DNA of 64,000 bases from a virus (IMGVR_UViG_3300027747_003534:32001-96000); one strand, 5' to 3'. Counted from the stretch's first letter, positions 1 through 10,883 are shown. Translations and numbers: made by a program. The notes: generated by a model not told the origin, from the letters alone.

Positions 1-3000
1 TCTGATGATAAAATATATGCTATTGGAAAGTTAAATTTAATAGAATTAGATAGTTTCACTTTACCCGGTTTACCAATCATGATCACTGGAGTAAATAAAC
101 CATATTATATGGCGAATGAGGGCTCTCCTTGGAGAATTACTTTCAAAACATTATATGGTTTAGAAAATCCAAATTTTCCACCAACAATATTATTGTCTGG
201 CTTACCTACAGTATGCTCAGGGTACTATCCGCAAAGACCTTTAGAACTACAAAATGGATGTTTAGAGTCTAGGGTATGGAATCCCTCTGATAAGTCATGG
301 AATTTTTCTTTTACCGGATTCCCACTATGTGGAATAGAAGGACTTAAGTCTTTTAGCATCTCTGCAATAGATACTGATACAATTCAAAATATCTCATTTG
401 GTTATGATACTATAAACGGATATATTAAATATAAGTCATTGAATGAGGGAGGGTTTGATCATCCAGGGCCACAGATCATCACAGTAGGCACTGCCTCAGA
501 AACAAATCAATTATCTCCATTGTGTAATAGTCCAATAAGTTTATCATATAGATTTGGAACAACAGGTCGAGAGTTGTGTTCAATACCAACCGGAATTACT
601 GGATGGACAGTAGTTTCTACGGGCTCATATAATTTATTGCCTTCTGGACTATCATATACAATTACTTTTCCAGGAGGCAATCCTAAAAGACCATGGAGTA
701 ATCTTGGTAGCGGATTACTTACCATACAAGGTAATCCTAGAACTTTTGCAAATGGAGGGGAATATAATGAAAAATTAATATTGACAGTATATGATGCTAG
801 AGGTAAGTCGGCTCAAAAAATTATTAAATTCATGGATATTTCAGCACCTAATCCTCCTTCTCCTGTTGAGCTTCCTGTTTATTTTGATAGTGAAAAACCA
901 ATTTATACTCCTAGAAGAGATGCAAGAACTTTAAACGATAGGCCAGAACTAGGTAGCGCTCCTATAGGTTATCGTTCATATCCTAATATTGAATATGTTT
1001 ACTGGCCACCAGCAGCAAATTATGCGCTACAATGTGACACTATTTTACCACACAATCAATGTCCAATTACTTCTTTTTCTTATAGTGGTGGAGATTTCCA
1101 AAGTTTTGATTTCAGAGTATTTATTAATCCTTTAGGAAATAATATTAATACAGCTAAACCAGTTTATATAGAATTTGATAATAATCCAAGTAATTCATTT
1201 AATGGTAAATATAATTTATCTTATCAGAATTCACAATACTTTATAACAATAAATCCTAATGGTTTATCTACTTTATCTACTGGAGTCGGTAGATTAGTTC
1301 AAGAAAGAACTACAAATTTTGGAACGTCAGATTTACAAAAATTTATAGGAAATGTGGATATAACAACGACTAATTCACTATTAGGCTGCGGTAGTTTTCT
1401 ATCAAAAAGTATACTTAATGAAGGAGGTTATGGTCTTTTTGGCAGAATGTATCCTAGTGTTAAAGTACAAATTCCATCAGGAGTCCCATACTCTGCACAA
1501 AATAATAACTCTCCTCCTTTATTAGGAATGAATATTTTAAGACTTAATAATAATTATGTTCAAGATACTGATAATAATATATATACAATAAAAACTTCTG
1601 ATTGTTGGCAAACTGGCTATTTAAGAATTAGTGGAATAATGCTACCAGCTCCGATTGTTGAATTAACAGACCCAGCCCCAGCTTCAGAAGCATATTTTGC
1701 ATACAATGGTCAACAATATTACGTGGGAAGCCGTTGTGTCTATGGAAATAATCAAGATGAAAGAAATTTATTGGCAAATAAAAGAGACGTAAATATTAAT
1801 TATCGTCTTAAAAATATAATTAGTAATTCTGTATATGCTAATAGTTTTGTTACAAGTAATCAAGCAATTTCTTTTAATCATACAGAAAGTACTGGTACTG
1901 TTTTTTCATTATTTATTAATAATAATCCATCAGTATTTCCAACATATGATGTTGGCGCTATTAGATATGCCGAAAATGAATACTTTTGGATACATAAAGC
2001 CGGTACAAAAAATGAAACTATTACTCAAAATAGCTTTCCTCCTGTTGTGATAGGAGGTATTCAAAACATTTATTGTGTTAGCGGTCAATCTATCAGTGGA
2101 TATAATGGGGTGGCAGTAGGAGGATATGTTCCTTTTAATGAGAATTGGTCAACTCAGCAGTATGCTCCCTTCATTTCTGGTCTTATTCAGAGAAGAGTCT
2201 CTAATGCTCGTAATATAGTTTACAGTCATTCTGGATCATCAAATATAAATTACCAGTATATTAAATCAGAATTATCTGATAATCCTTATAATATATCCGT
2301 CGGGGATGCAATATCAATTAGTTTTAGCAATACAGATATACCTACACAAAACATAACATTAACTAGTGGTAATATTATTGACAATACTTTATTAATACCT
2401 TATTCTAGACCTGGTTCTCAACAGATAATAAATGGAATAGCAACCTTCTCATTCTTATCTAGCATTACAGGAATAACGTCTGACACTATTGCTATAAAAC
2501 ATAAAAATCTACCCTTGTCTACAGGAGATAGCGTGGATATTGTTTCTGGCTCTACTAGCACACTAAATAATATTTATCCATTAAATGGTCTAATGACAGT
2601 AGCTGAATATGACTCTACATCGGCAATAATCTCTTATAGCGGTTCTGACTCAACATTTTCAAATAATTTAGTAATTAATAGTAACATAGACATATATAAA
2701 AATTATCATAATCAAATTAATATTAGTAGTTTAAATTTTTCTAAAGAAGGATACTGGACATTTAATTTATCTGGTATTCCTACGGGGCTATATAAAGATT
2801 ATAGATATAAAATAGTCACTTGTGAAAATACTGGGTTGCCAGTATTCCAAGGAACAGATCTGTCTCCTAAAAAATATTCATCAGTATATAATTTATATAT
2901 TAATAAACCTATTAAAATTTTACTAACTAATAATTATAGTATACCAAATAATAATGGATCTTGGACATTAACATTTAGTGTTGACGGAGGCAATAGGCCA

Positions 3001-3228
3001 ATACAGAATTATACTCCAGAAGTTATGGTAAATAATCAAATATGTAATTTTTCTAGAGCCCTAGATCCTATGTTTATGAAAGATTCATACGACGAAATAA
3101 ATGATAGATGGAATATTACAATTGCTAGTAATAATAATTATAATTGGAGATACGATACATCATTTGAGCTTAAACTTTTTGATGATACTGGCTTTGATAC
3201 CAAAACTATTATTTTTAATAACGGTTAA
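1..3228 (+). CDS. Large virion structural protein with Ig/cadherin-like repeats (5'-truncated)
   Basis: The frame is open from base 1 with no stop before the ATG at 79, so the gene starts upstream of the window. Beta-rich S/T/N composition; Ig-like segments such as LPSGLSY...LTIQGNP...LTVYDARGKSAQK; lies in the structural operon. Confidence 0.6.
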   Translation, partial: SDDKIYAIGKLNLIELDSFTLPGLPIMITGVNKPYYMANEGSPWRITFKTLYGLENPNFPPTILLSGLPTVCSGYYPQRPLELQNGCLESRVWNPSDKSWNFSFTGFPLCGIEGLKSFSISAIDTDTIQNISFGYDTINGYIKYKSLNEGGFDHPGPQIITVGTASETNQLSPLCNSPISLSYRFGTTGRELCSIPTGITGWTVVSTGSYNLLPSGLSYTITFPGGNPKRPWSNLGSGLLTIQGNPRTFANGGEYNEKLILTVYDARGKSAQKIIKFMDISAPNPPSPVELPVYFDSEKPIYTPRRDARTLNDRPELGSAPIGYRSYPNIEYVYWPPAANYALQCDTILPHNQCPITSFSYSGGDFQSFDFRVFINPLGNNINTAKPVYIEFDNNPSNSFNGKYNLSYQNSQYFITINPNGLSTLSTGVGRLVQERTTNFGTSDLQKFIGNVDITTTNSLLGCGSFLSKSILNEGGYGLFGRMYPSVKVQIPSGVPYSAQNNNSPPLLGMNILRLNNNYVQDTDNNIYTIKTSDCWQTGYLRISGIMLPAPIVELTDPAPASEAYFAYNGQQYYVGSRCVYGNNQDERNLLANKRDVNINYRLKNIISNSVYANSFVTSNQAISFNHTESTGTVFSLFINNNPSVFPTYDVGAIRYAENEYFWIHKAGTKNETITQNSFPPVVIGGIQNIYCVSGQSISGYNGVAVGGYVPFNENWSTQQYAPFISGLIQRRVSNARNIVYSHSGSSNINYQYIKSELSDNPYNISVGDAISISFSNTDIPTQNITLTSGNIIDNTLLIPYSRPGSQQIINGIATFSFLSSITGITSDTIAIKHKNLPLSTGDSVDIVSGSTSTLNNIYPLNGLMTVAEYDSTSAIISYSGSDSTFSNNLVINSNIDIYKNYHNQINISSLNFSKEGYWTFNLSGIPTGLYKDYRYKIVTCENTGLPVFQGTDLSPKKYSSVYNLYINKPIKILLTNNYSIPNNNGSWTLTFSVDGGNRPIQNYTPEVMVNNQICNFSRALDPMFMKDSYDEINDRWNITIASNNNYNWRYDTSFELKLFDDTGFDTKTIIFNNG

Positions 3229-3233
3229 TAACT

Positions 3234-4382
3234 ATGGCAACAATCAATATTACTAATCCAGCACCAAAATATTTAGTTATTAATCAGTCTATACCAGGAT
3301 CCGATACTAAAAATGTTATTACTACAAATCTAATAATCAATGATGGTTTTGATAATACTATTGGGGTTGTTCATATTGAGAGGGGCTTGCAGGGATTGCA
3401 AGGTTTCCAGGGAATTAGGGGAGAGATAGGGCCTCCTGGGCCAATAGGGCCTTCTGGCTTGCGAGGCTTACAGGGAATTCCAGGTAGTGGTTTAACAAAA
3501 CTATTAGTTGGTAATTTTGATATCAAAGAAAATGAAACCCTTAATATAGAAGGTGATGGAGGAACAGAGGTTGTATTTTACCCACTCACAAAAACCATTA
3601 AAATATCCTCTAGTATTATTAATCAAGATTATGCTAATAAAAATCATACTCACATATCACAAAATATAACTGACTTTAATGAAAGTGTTGATGATAGAGT
3701 TGCTAGCTTATTGCAGGCTGGGGATCATATTAATTTGCAATATAATGACCAAGATTTAAACCAGTTAAGCATTAGTACTTCTGGACTAGAAATTGGATTA
3801 GATATACAGCCATATAGTCAGAGACTCGATAGACTATCACAAGTTCCAGTTTATGGCAATAGTCTTATAGTAGGTACTGGTCTTGATGAGTATGGAACTA
3901 CAGAAATATCAGCTTTAGGTAAAAGTCTTATTAATGACGCTAGTCCAGAAGCTATGAGACTAACTTTACAGCTGGGTAGCGTAGTGTCATATGATTATGA
4001 AGAATTCGCAAAACTTAATGGTGGAAATAGTTTTACTGGAACTCAAACATTAGGGGATGGTCAATTAACAAGATTTTCAGCTTTTGTTAATGAAAGAACC
4101 GGGAATTCATATGTTATTAATCAGTCAGATAATGGAAAAGTTATTAGCTTTAATAATCCTACGGCAATTAATGTTAGCTTTAACAATAATTTAAATGTCG
4201 GTTTTAATTGTTTAGTTTCGCAAATAGGATCGGGACAGGTTAGATTATCAGGAACACAGATTGTAAATAGGCTTAATCATAATAAACTAGTCGGAAGATA
4301 CTCAGTCGCAACCTTAGTTAAGGTATCTGATGATAAAATAATACTATCTGGAGATACGACGGACGCAGAAGGAGGAAATTAA
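3234..4382 (+). CDS. Collagen-repeat tail fibre/decoration protein
   Basis: Eleven G-X-Y triplets (3384-3482), an NHTH fibre motif, and a C-terminal beta domain (SDNGKVI...GFNC...QIGSGQV) of the kind seen at phage fibre ends. Confidence 0.75.
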   Translation: MATINITNPAPKYLVINQSIPGSDTKNVITTNLIINDGFDNTIGVVHIERGLQGLQGFQGIRGEIGPPGPIGPSGLRGLQGIPGSGLTKLLVGNFDIKENETLNIEGDGGTEVVFYPLTKTIKISSSIINQDYANKNHTHISQNITDFNESVDDRVASLLQAGDHINLQYNDQDLNQLSISTSGLEIGLDIQPYSQRLDRLSQVPVYGNSLIVGTGLDEYGTTEISALGKSLINDASPEAMRLTLQLGSVVSYDYEEFAKLNGGNSFTGTQTLGDGQLTRFSAFVNERTGNSYVINQSDNGKVISFNNPTAINVSFNNNLNVGFNCLVSQIGSGQVRLSGTQIVNRLNHNKLVGRYSVATLVKVSDDKIILSGDTTDAEGGN

Positions 4383-6211
4383 TGATTTTACCTCCATTTT
4401 TTGGATTTCCAATTCCATCTAAAGATTCAGAAATATACAGGCTATATCACACTTATGTTTCTCAGGATCTCTTAACATACAATCCTCCTACAAAAACTGC
4501 CCAAATAACATATCTAAGTTCTGATATATTAACCTATATTGAGCAACCAGAAACTATAACCAACAGCTATCTTGCTACAGATATTTTATCATACAGTCTC
4601 CCATCTTTGTTACTGCAATACTCATATCTGTCTTGTGATTTATTGTCTTATAATCCTCCGCCAGAGCCACCCGATATGGTTATTGGTATAAGTGGCTATG
4701 ATGAGGACTCATCAGTCTATTTATTTTGGCAAAGTCCATATAATAATAGATCTCCACTAACAGACTATATTATACAGTATTCTACAGGAAATTCTATATG
4801 GAGCACATATCCGGATAGTATAAATACTACTACAAATATACAAATAACAGGGCTATTTAATAATGTTGGTTATCAATTTAGGGTGGCAGCAGTTAATTCA
4901 ATAGGAACAGGAGATTATGGCTATAGTAACACTATAACCCCATCTGGAGGAGATAACTCATATAATAAATTAATATTATTTTTACCATTTGATAATGATC
5001 TAGAAAAAAATAAATCATGCTATGATATAAACATACAAAAAATTGATCAAGCAATAATATCTGTCGATGACTATAAATATGGTGGAGCTAGTCTTTATTT
5101 AGACGGTAACCCTGATCCAGTAACATCAGAATTCCCACGACTTATAGCAGGATCTGGGCAGCATATTAATTGGCCTTTTAGTAAAGATTTTACAATAGAG
5201 ATGTTTATAAAACCATCAACTAGCATTCGTAGAGACACCCTATTCTCTATCAAGCCTACTGATTTTAGCAATAACTATAGTTCTATATATTTACGCCGAG
5301 AATCTAATAATTTATATTTTCATTTTAATTTAGATTGGTATAATAATGGAGAATACCGATATGAGCCCAACTTAATAACAGCAACAAATGTAAATTTTCC
5401 AACTGGTTCTTGGACACACATAGCTGTCTGTCGGTCCAATAGCAGAATGAAAATGTTTATCAATGGCAATAATGTTGGTAATATTATCACTACTAATACA
5501 ATCCCCAACGTGTCAGATATGTTTATTTCTATAGGAGCAGATATAAATTATGCTTGGGCAGAAACAAGATCCACAGACGGTTTTTCAGGATATATCGACC
5601 AGCTCATAATTTCTCAGTCTGCTAAATATCGTTCTAATTTTATTCCATCAAAATATAATGCTATTTATAATTGTTCTGATCTTGATTCTATTTATTCCAC
5701 AGCCACCACTACAACTACCACAACAACAGCCGAACCAACAGATACAACTACTACAACAACAGCCGAACCAATAACAACCACCACGGCAGAGCCAACAACA
5801 ACCACCACGGCAGAGCCAACAACAACCACCACGGCAGAGCCAACAACAACCACCACGGCAGAACCAACAACAACAACAACCGCTCCGTCCACGCCAGCCT
5901 ATTTGGTAACCGGAGCATCTGACCCATCATACAATGGGACATATGTTCTTGCTGGAACCACTGTATATGGTGGGGTAACTTCTAACTACTATCGCATTGC
6001 GGGCCAATCAAGATATTTATATTGGACTCAGGCATTTGGGTATCAAGTTTGGATGATTTCTGACACATTAGGGTCAGATTTTTATGGAGAATTTAATGGA
6101 TATACGTCTGGTGGCGCAAGTGGCAGCCCTCCGTCAGGGGACGATGGATTTTGGAGTTCATACGGCAGTGTTACTGGTGCCGGTCCTACCCTTACTGCTA
6201 CGATTATTTAG
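4382..6211 (+). CDS. Virion adhesin: FN3 + LamG/ConA-like domain + Thr-rich linker + small C-terminal domain
   Basis: FN3 signature (VYLFWQSP...DYIIQY...ITGL...YQFRVAAVNSIGTG); LamG signature (DFTIEMFIK...WTHIAVCR...KMFING...FSGYIDQLIIS); TTTTAEP repeats. Confidence 0.8.
   Translation: MILPPFFGFPIPSKDSEIYRLYHTYVSQDLLTYNPPTKTAQITYLSSDILTYIEQPETITNSYLATDILSYSLPSLLLQYSYLSCDLLSYNPPPEPPDMVIGISGYDEDSSVYLFWQSPYNNRSPLTDYIIQYSTGNSIWSTYPDSINTTTNIQITGLFNNVGYQFRVAAVNSIGTGDYGYSNTITPSGGDNSYNKLILFLPFDNDLEKNKSCYDINIQKIDQAIISVDDYKYGGASLYLDGNPDPVTSEFPRLIAGSGQHINWPFSKDFTIEMFIKPSTSIRRDTLFSIKPTDFSNNYSSIYLRRESNNLYFHFNLDWYNNGEYRYEPNLITATNVNFPTGSWTHIAVCRSNSRMKMFINGNNVGNIITTNTIPNVSDMFISIGADINYAWAETRSTDGFSGYIDQLIISQSAKYRSNFIPSKYNAIYNCSDLDSIYSTATTTTTTTTAEPTDTTTTTTAEPITTTTAEPTTTTTAEPTTTTTAEPTTTTTAEPTTTTTAPSTPAYLVTGASDPSYNGTYVLAGTTVYGGVTSNYYRIAGQSRYLYWTQAFGYQVWMISDTLGSDFYGEFNGYTSGGASGSPPSGDDGFWSSYGSVTGAGPTLTATII
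5771..5866 (+). repeat. 24-bp tandem repeat x4 (acaacaaccaccacggcagagcca) encoding TTTTTAEP
   Basis: Units at 5771, 5795, 5819 and 5843 with 0-1 mismatches; degenerate copies extend from about 5700 to 5890. Confidence 0.95.
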
Positions 6212-6281
6212 TAATCTTAATTTCATACTTAATTAGTAATAAATAGGCTATAATGACAAGAATATTTCAACTTTTTTACTC

Positions 6282-6293
6282 GGTGTATTAGTA
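6282..6293 (+). promoter_or_regulatory. Candidate phage late-promoter motif RGTGTA-N5-A
   Basis: GGTGTATTAGTA lies in the longest intergenic gap; similar words occur just upstream of the genes at 9715, 11867 and 43218. Confidence 0.45.
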
Positions 6294-6351
6294 TATTAGG
6301 ACTATGTAATGGCCATTTTATTTATTAAACTTAGTCTATCTAGGAGATAAT

Positions 6352-8709
6352 ATGTCTACTTTATTTTTTGAAGGTTTTGAAAAAGGAGTAATTCTAAATA
6401 AATTAGACAATAATTATTGGTCTACTCAATTTAAACAATATCCTAAGTATAGTTTTGGAGGATGTGCCCCGACTAGTTATTTATTTCAACAAAGTCCAAT
6501 TTTTGATGCTGTATATAAATATTCTTCTCCAAATAATGGAATACTTCCAAGTGCTGTTTATATTCCAAATTATGATAATAGAGGCGTTTATCGTCAAGGA
6601 AACCCTTATCCTGGATTAGGTAGTCCTCCAGGATTTTTAGCAATAACTAATATTCAAATAGAAAATCCTTCATCAGTTGAATTTCCTACCTATTTAAAAC
6701 TTAGTGGATTTCCTTTACCGAGCGGAGATCAAACATATTTTGGTTTTAGGTCATTAGGTTTAGAAACTAGTAGTACTGACTATTCGAGCTATCCTCATAG
6801 ACATAAATTATTTTCTTTTTGTAGTGGAGATATTTCTTGTTTATCAGTTAATATTGTAAAAATTACAGGAAATGCCTTAAATGTTTTAAATAATGAAAAA
6901 ACCACAATGGCATTAGAAATTGAACAAAATAATCAGATTTTGGGATATTTTGATTTAGACATATCATCATCTCTTGATAGATATAGAGTGGCTTCTTTAT
7001 TTTCTACTGGTAATAAAATATTAACAATAGCAGATACTGCTGCCAGTAATTATGAGGCTAGATATGGAATAGGAAATTATGATGGTGCCTCTTTTGTCTC
7101 TAGATGGACTCATTCAGAATTTTTAATAGATGATTCTGATATTTCTCAATCATATTTAAGCATTAAAGCAGAAGGAGTCGATCTGTCTGTTGTAAATGAT
7201 GATCCTGAATTAGAAAGATTAGATTGGGAAATTAGTTTGCCAATTAGTGGGTTTAAATTTAATAATATCAGATTCTATAATAGGACATATTCGTCATCTA
7301 TATTGCAAAATATGAGTCTTGGTGATTTCAATAGTTATGGTGGCGTTTATCCAATGTTATATGAAGACACAAAAAGTAGATACTATATGCATGGACAAGT
7401 TTGGCTATTAGACGATATCACTTTAATAGATAATGTTGATAAGCCTTCTTTTTGGCTTGGTCCAACATCCAAAGTATTACCATTAACTCCTGGTGTTACA
7501 AATAATTTAAATGATGGAGCTGGATTAAGATCGGATGGATTAAAAGATTGGACTAGTACACCAAGCAATAGTCACAGAAAAGCTTTGGCTATATTTGATG
7601 GAGATATAGGAAAAATAGAAACAGTAAATAGTGGAAATATAGATGCTATAGCTCTTTCTGTTATTCAACCAACTAATTCAAATTATTATATTAGCTTTGA
7701 TACATATTCTCTATGGAGATACGGACTTAATGATGCTGTAGGCGGAATGAAAGTATATAATGTTGCTAAGAAAAATTATTTAGATACTAAATTTATTAAT
7801 GTATTTTATGGTGGAGTAGCTAGCGACCCATATTCAGGATATGTCTCATTGCTACTACACAACGATAATTCAATCATAGATAGTTCTGATAGTCCTAAGT
7901 CATTAGCAACACATGGAGATGTTTCACTGTCATCAGCTACTGCTAAATTTGGTAATAGTAGTTTACGTTTTCCAGATAATAATTCATATATTTATTGCTC
8001 TCATCCAGACTTTGAAACAAATCCGTTCACAATAGAGTGTTGGGTTTATTTTACTAATGAATCAAATAATATTGCTTTATTTGATAAATCAACAACATCA
8101 GTACCAACTAATACTGTTCAATTTTTTAACTATAATTTTTTAATGAATATTAGTGGAATTACATTTTATGGTTTGGGTCGTTCAACAAAAGTTTTATACT
8201 TTCCAAGTAATGCAACAACCGGGACATGGCATCATATTGCGATAACAAGAGATTCTAGTGATCATCTTATATGCTATCTTGATGGACAATCAGGAGTTAA
8301 TCATACTGTTTATAGAACATATGGGGATGGTGGATGCGAGAATACTGGAGTATTTACAAATAGTCTTCATATATTATCGAGTAATTGTAGTCAAAATAGA
8401 TTAATAAGTTTATTTAATAATAATGATGGATACAGTGTTATACCTTCATTGCTTACGATAGGGAAAGCGGGTTATTTAGATGATTATAGAATTTCTCTTG
8501 GTTTGGCTAGATATAATTCTAATTTTACTCCTCCAACAGGACAGTTTAAAACTCAAAGAGATGACTATGTTACAATTGGCCCTGAACATTTAGTTAAGAA
8601 AACAGCTTATCAAACATATCAATACTACGCTAATCATAATCCTGCTACTCAACAAAATTGGACAGTACCTCAAATTACGGGAATGATTTTTGGGGTTAAA
8701 AAATTATGA
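6352..8709 (+). CDS. Virion structural protein with LamG/ConA-like domain
   Basis: RBS AGGAG upstream; LamG signature (VSLLLH...AKFGNSSL...FTIECWVYF...WHHIAITR...YLDDYRIS...RYNSNFTPP). Confidence 0.75.
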   Translation: MSTLFFEGFEKGVILNKLDNNYWSTQFKQYPKYSFGGCAPTSYLFQQSPIFDAVYKYSSPNNGILPSAVYIPNYDNRGVYRQGNPYPGLGSPPGFLAITNIQIENPSSVEFPTYLKLSGFPLPSGDQTYFGFRSLGLETSSTDYSSYPHRHKLFSFCSGDISCLSVNIVKITGNALNVLNNEKTTMALEIEQNNQILGYFDLDISSSLDRYRVASLFSTGNKILTIADTAASNYEARYGIGNYDGASFVSRWTHSEFLIDDSDISQSYLSIKAEGVDLSVVNDDPELERLDWEISLPISGFKFNNIRFYNRTYSSSILQNMSLGDFNSYGGVYPMLYEDTKSRYYMHGQVWLLDDITLIDNVDKPSFWLGPTSKVLPLTPGVTNNLNDGAGLRSDGLKDWTSTPSNSHRKALAIFDGDIGKIETVNSGNIDAIALSVIQPTNSNYYISFDTYSLWRYGLNDAVGGMKVYNVAKKNYLDTKFINVFYGGVASDPYSGYVSLLLHNDNSIIDSSDSPKSLATHGDVSLSSATAKFGNSSLRFPDNNSYIYCSHPDFETNPFTIECWVYFTNESNNIALFDKSTTSVPTNTVQFFNYNFLMNISGITFYGLGRSTKVLYFPSNATTGTWHHIAITRDSSDHLICYLDGQSGVNHTVYRTYGDGGCENTGVFTNSLHILSSNCSQNRLISLFNNNDGYSVIPSLLTIGKAGYLDDYRISLGLARYNSNFTPPTGQFKTQRDDYVTIGPEHLVKKTAYQTYQYYANHNPATQQNWTVPQITGMIFGVKKL

Positions 8710-9701
8710 GTGACTATACTCGAATAAAACTTAGAAGATCTTTATCAAATGAGTGGAATAATATTAATCCTATATTAGATATTGGAGAGGCAGGATATGA
8801 AACGGACTCTTTGAGACTTAAAATTGGAGATGGAATAACAGCTTGGTCAGGATTAGACTATATTAGAATCCACCCATCTTCACTATCTTTTCCAACGATC
8901 AATTTGAAAATTGGTGATGGTTATGATCAAAGAGTGGGCATCAATTTATCAAACAATGAAATGTTAAATATTAGGGCTTCGGGTGATACTGTATTATCTT
9001 ATGATGATAGCACAAAAACACTATCATTTAATACTCAGGCTGGTTTGTCTTATGTTACAAGATCTAATGTTATTAATGCATTAGGTTATGTTCCACAAAT
9101 TACTGGCAGATATAGCTTAATAGGGCATACTCATCTTATCGGAGATGTTGGTGGTTTACAGGAAATTCTTGACAATAAACAACCTACAGGTAACTATGCT
9201 GCTCCTAATCATAATCATAATTTAAGAATAAGTGTAGGAGATGGAAGAGTATTAAACTATACTACAAATGAATTTCTAAATATAACCGGTAGTGGTTATA
9301 CCAATGTTAATATTGATGACTATACAAATACATTAATTATTAGTTCATTAGGAAATAGTGGAGTTTTAAGTTTTAATAATAGAAGTGGCACCGTTAACTT
9401 AAATTATACTGATATAACAGGAGCACTAAGATACGTTCCTCAACCTACCGGAAATTATGCTGTGAGCGGACATTATCATAGTATAGACCAAATAGTTGAT
9501 CTTGATAAATTAGGATGGACATTTAACAACACAACCAATTCATGGAAATTTGATTATCCAATAATTACCAACATAGACAGAAGAACTCCATTATCTTCAA
9601 GAGATTCTGGTAATCCTGGAGATCTTTGTTGGGACGCTTCATATATGTATTTATGTGTGGGTGTAAATCTATGGCATAGATCAGTTCATAATTCATGGTA
9701 A
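8706..9701 (+). CDS. Tail fibre protein with Mtd_N-like N-terminus
   Basis: N-terminal RIKLRR...W...NPIL..GEAGYETD..RLKIGDG...W..L.Y; HxH motifs (GHTH, NHNH, GHYH); repeated AL.YVPQ.TG.Y; C-terminal G..GDLCWD..YMYLCV..N.W.R; ATGA overlap with the upstream gene. Confidence 0.8.
   Translation: MSDYTRIKLRRSLSNEWNNINPILDIGEAGYETDSLRLKIGDGITAWSGLDYIRIHPSSLSFPTINLKIGDGYDQRVGINLSNNEMLNIRASGDTVLSYDDSTKTLSFNTQAGLSYVTRSNVINALGYVPQITGRYSLIGHTHLIGDVGGLQEILDNKQPTGNYAAPNHNHNLRISVGDGRVLNYTTNEFLNITGSGYTNVNIDDYTNTLIISSLGNSGVLSFNNRSGTVNLNYTDITGALRYVPQPTGNYAVSGHYHSIDQIVDLDKLGWTFNNTTNSWKFDYPIITNIDRRTPLSSRDSGNPGDLCWDASYMYLCVGVNLWHRSVHNSW
9660..9671 (+). promoter_or_regulatory. Candidate late-promoter motif
   Basis: GGTGTAAATCTA, 55 bp upstream of the ATG at 9715. 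Confidence 0.35.
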
Positions 9702-9714
9702 ATATGGAGTAAAA

Positions 9715-10242
9715 ATGACTAATATATTTAGTAATATTATTAATGCTGATTTTAAAAATTTATATAATCAAGCTATTGATGCTATATTAGCAGACAACTC
9801 TTTAACGGTACCATGTTCTGTTTTTTATGATACTCCTAATGATTCTTTTTGTAATAACTGTTTATTTGATCCTATTAATAATAGGTCATTAAATATTTAT
9901 AACTCAACTGGACCGGCTCCTTTTCCAGAGAATAGCATTTGCTCAATTTGCAATGGATATGGAAAAATTGAAAAGTCTAAATCAGAAATAATATATTTAG
10001 CAGTAATTTTTGATAGTAAATATTGGTTAAATTGGGATTCTAAAGCTGTTAAGATTCAAGATGGCATGGTTCAAACATTATGTAAAATTGAGTTATTGCC
10101 TAAAATTAGGAATGCCCAATATATGACTATGGATACTAATATACAGTCTTATACTAGCTATACCTATTCTTTGGCAGGGGATCCAACTCCGTGTGGATTA
10201 GGGAATAACAAATATATAATATCTATGTGGTCAAGAGCATGA
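9715..10242 (+). CDS. Putative head-closure/neck protein with Zn-binding CxxC pairs
   Basis: CNNC and CSICNGYG motifs; size and position three genes before the tail tube gene; RBS GGAG. Confidence 0.45.
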   Translation: MTNIFSNIINADFKNLYNQAIDAILADNSLTVPCSVFYDTPNDSFCNNCLFDPINNRSLNIYNSTGPAPFPENSICSICNGYGKIEKSKSEIIYLAVIFDSKYWLNWDSKAVKIQDGMVQTLCKIELLPKIRNAQYMTMDTNIQSYTSYTYSLAGDPTPCGLGNNKYIISMWSRA

Positions 10243-10883
10243 ATATAAATTTAAAATTATTAGAATCAGATAGTGAAATATCTAATATGATATTATATAC
10301 AATAAAAGAAATATTGAATAACGCCTTCGGTAAAGCTCTCAATAACTTAAGGAATACTATCCCAACTCATGTTAAAAACGCTATTATGGCAGAGCCTGAG
10401 TATGGATCTCTTGTTAATGGTAAATTGAGATATGAATTTGGAATACCAGATGCTGCTAATTCAGTTAATTCCGTAGTTGATGCTTGGGCTAATAATATTA
10501 ATATAGAAACTATTCCAATAGTTATCTCTGGTAATGGTCTGAAAGGTGGTTTTAGTATTAATATGATAAAAGATGATTATAGTGATGTATTAAATTTAGC
10601 AGGCTCAGTAGTAAAAGACTCAAAGAGTGGGGCGCTATTACCATGGTTAGAGTGGCTACTACTATATGGTGGACAAATTATAATTAAAAATTATAAAGTA
10701 CAAATGGGACCAAATGCAAATTCAAGAACAGGAATGGCTATCATGGTAAGCTCTAAAGAAAACTGGAGAGTACCACCAGAATTTGCTGGGACCAAGAATA
10801 ATAACTGGATATCACGAGCACTAACTAGATTAGATATTATCATACCAGATCTTATACAAAAAGAAATAGAGAATAATATATGA
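10239..10883 (+). CDS. Putative neck/tail-completion protein (HK97 gp10-like position)
   Basis: Start moved to the ATG at 10239 (ATGA overlap with the upstream stop); C-terminal WRVPPEFAGT..NNWISRA; synteny. Confidence 0.45.
   Translation: MNINLKLLESDSEISNMILYTIKEILNNAFGKALNNLRNTIPTHVKNAIMAEPEYGSLVNGKLRYEFGIPDAANSVNSVVDAWANNINIETIPIVISGNGLKGGFSINMIKDDYSDVLNLAGSVVKDSKSGALLPWLEWLLLYGGQIIIKNYKVQMGPNANSRTGMAIMVSSKENWRVPPEFAGTKNNNWISRALTRLDIIIPDLIQKEIENNI

Noticed and set aside
8706-9701. Diversity-generating retroelement target, suggested by the Mtd_N-like domain
   Set aside because: No reverse transcriptase, no C-type lectin variable region and no TR/VR pair seen in the window.
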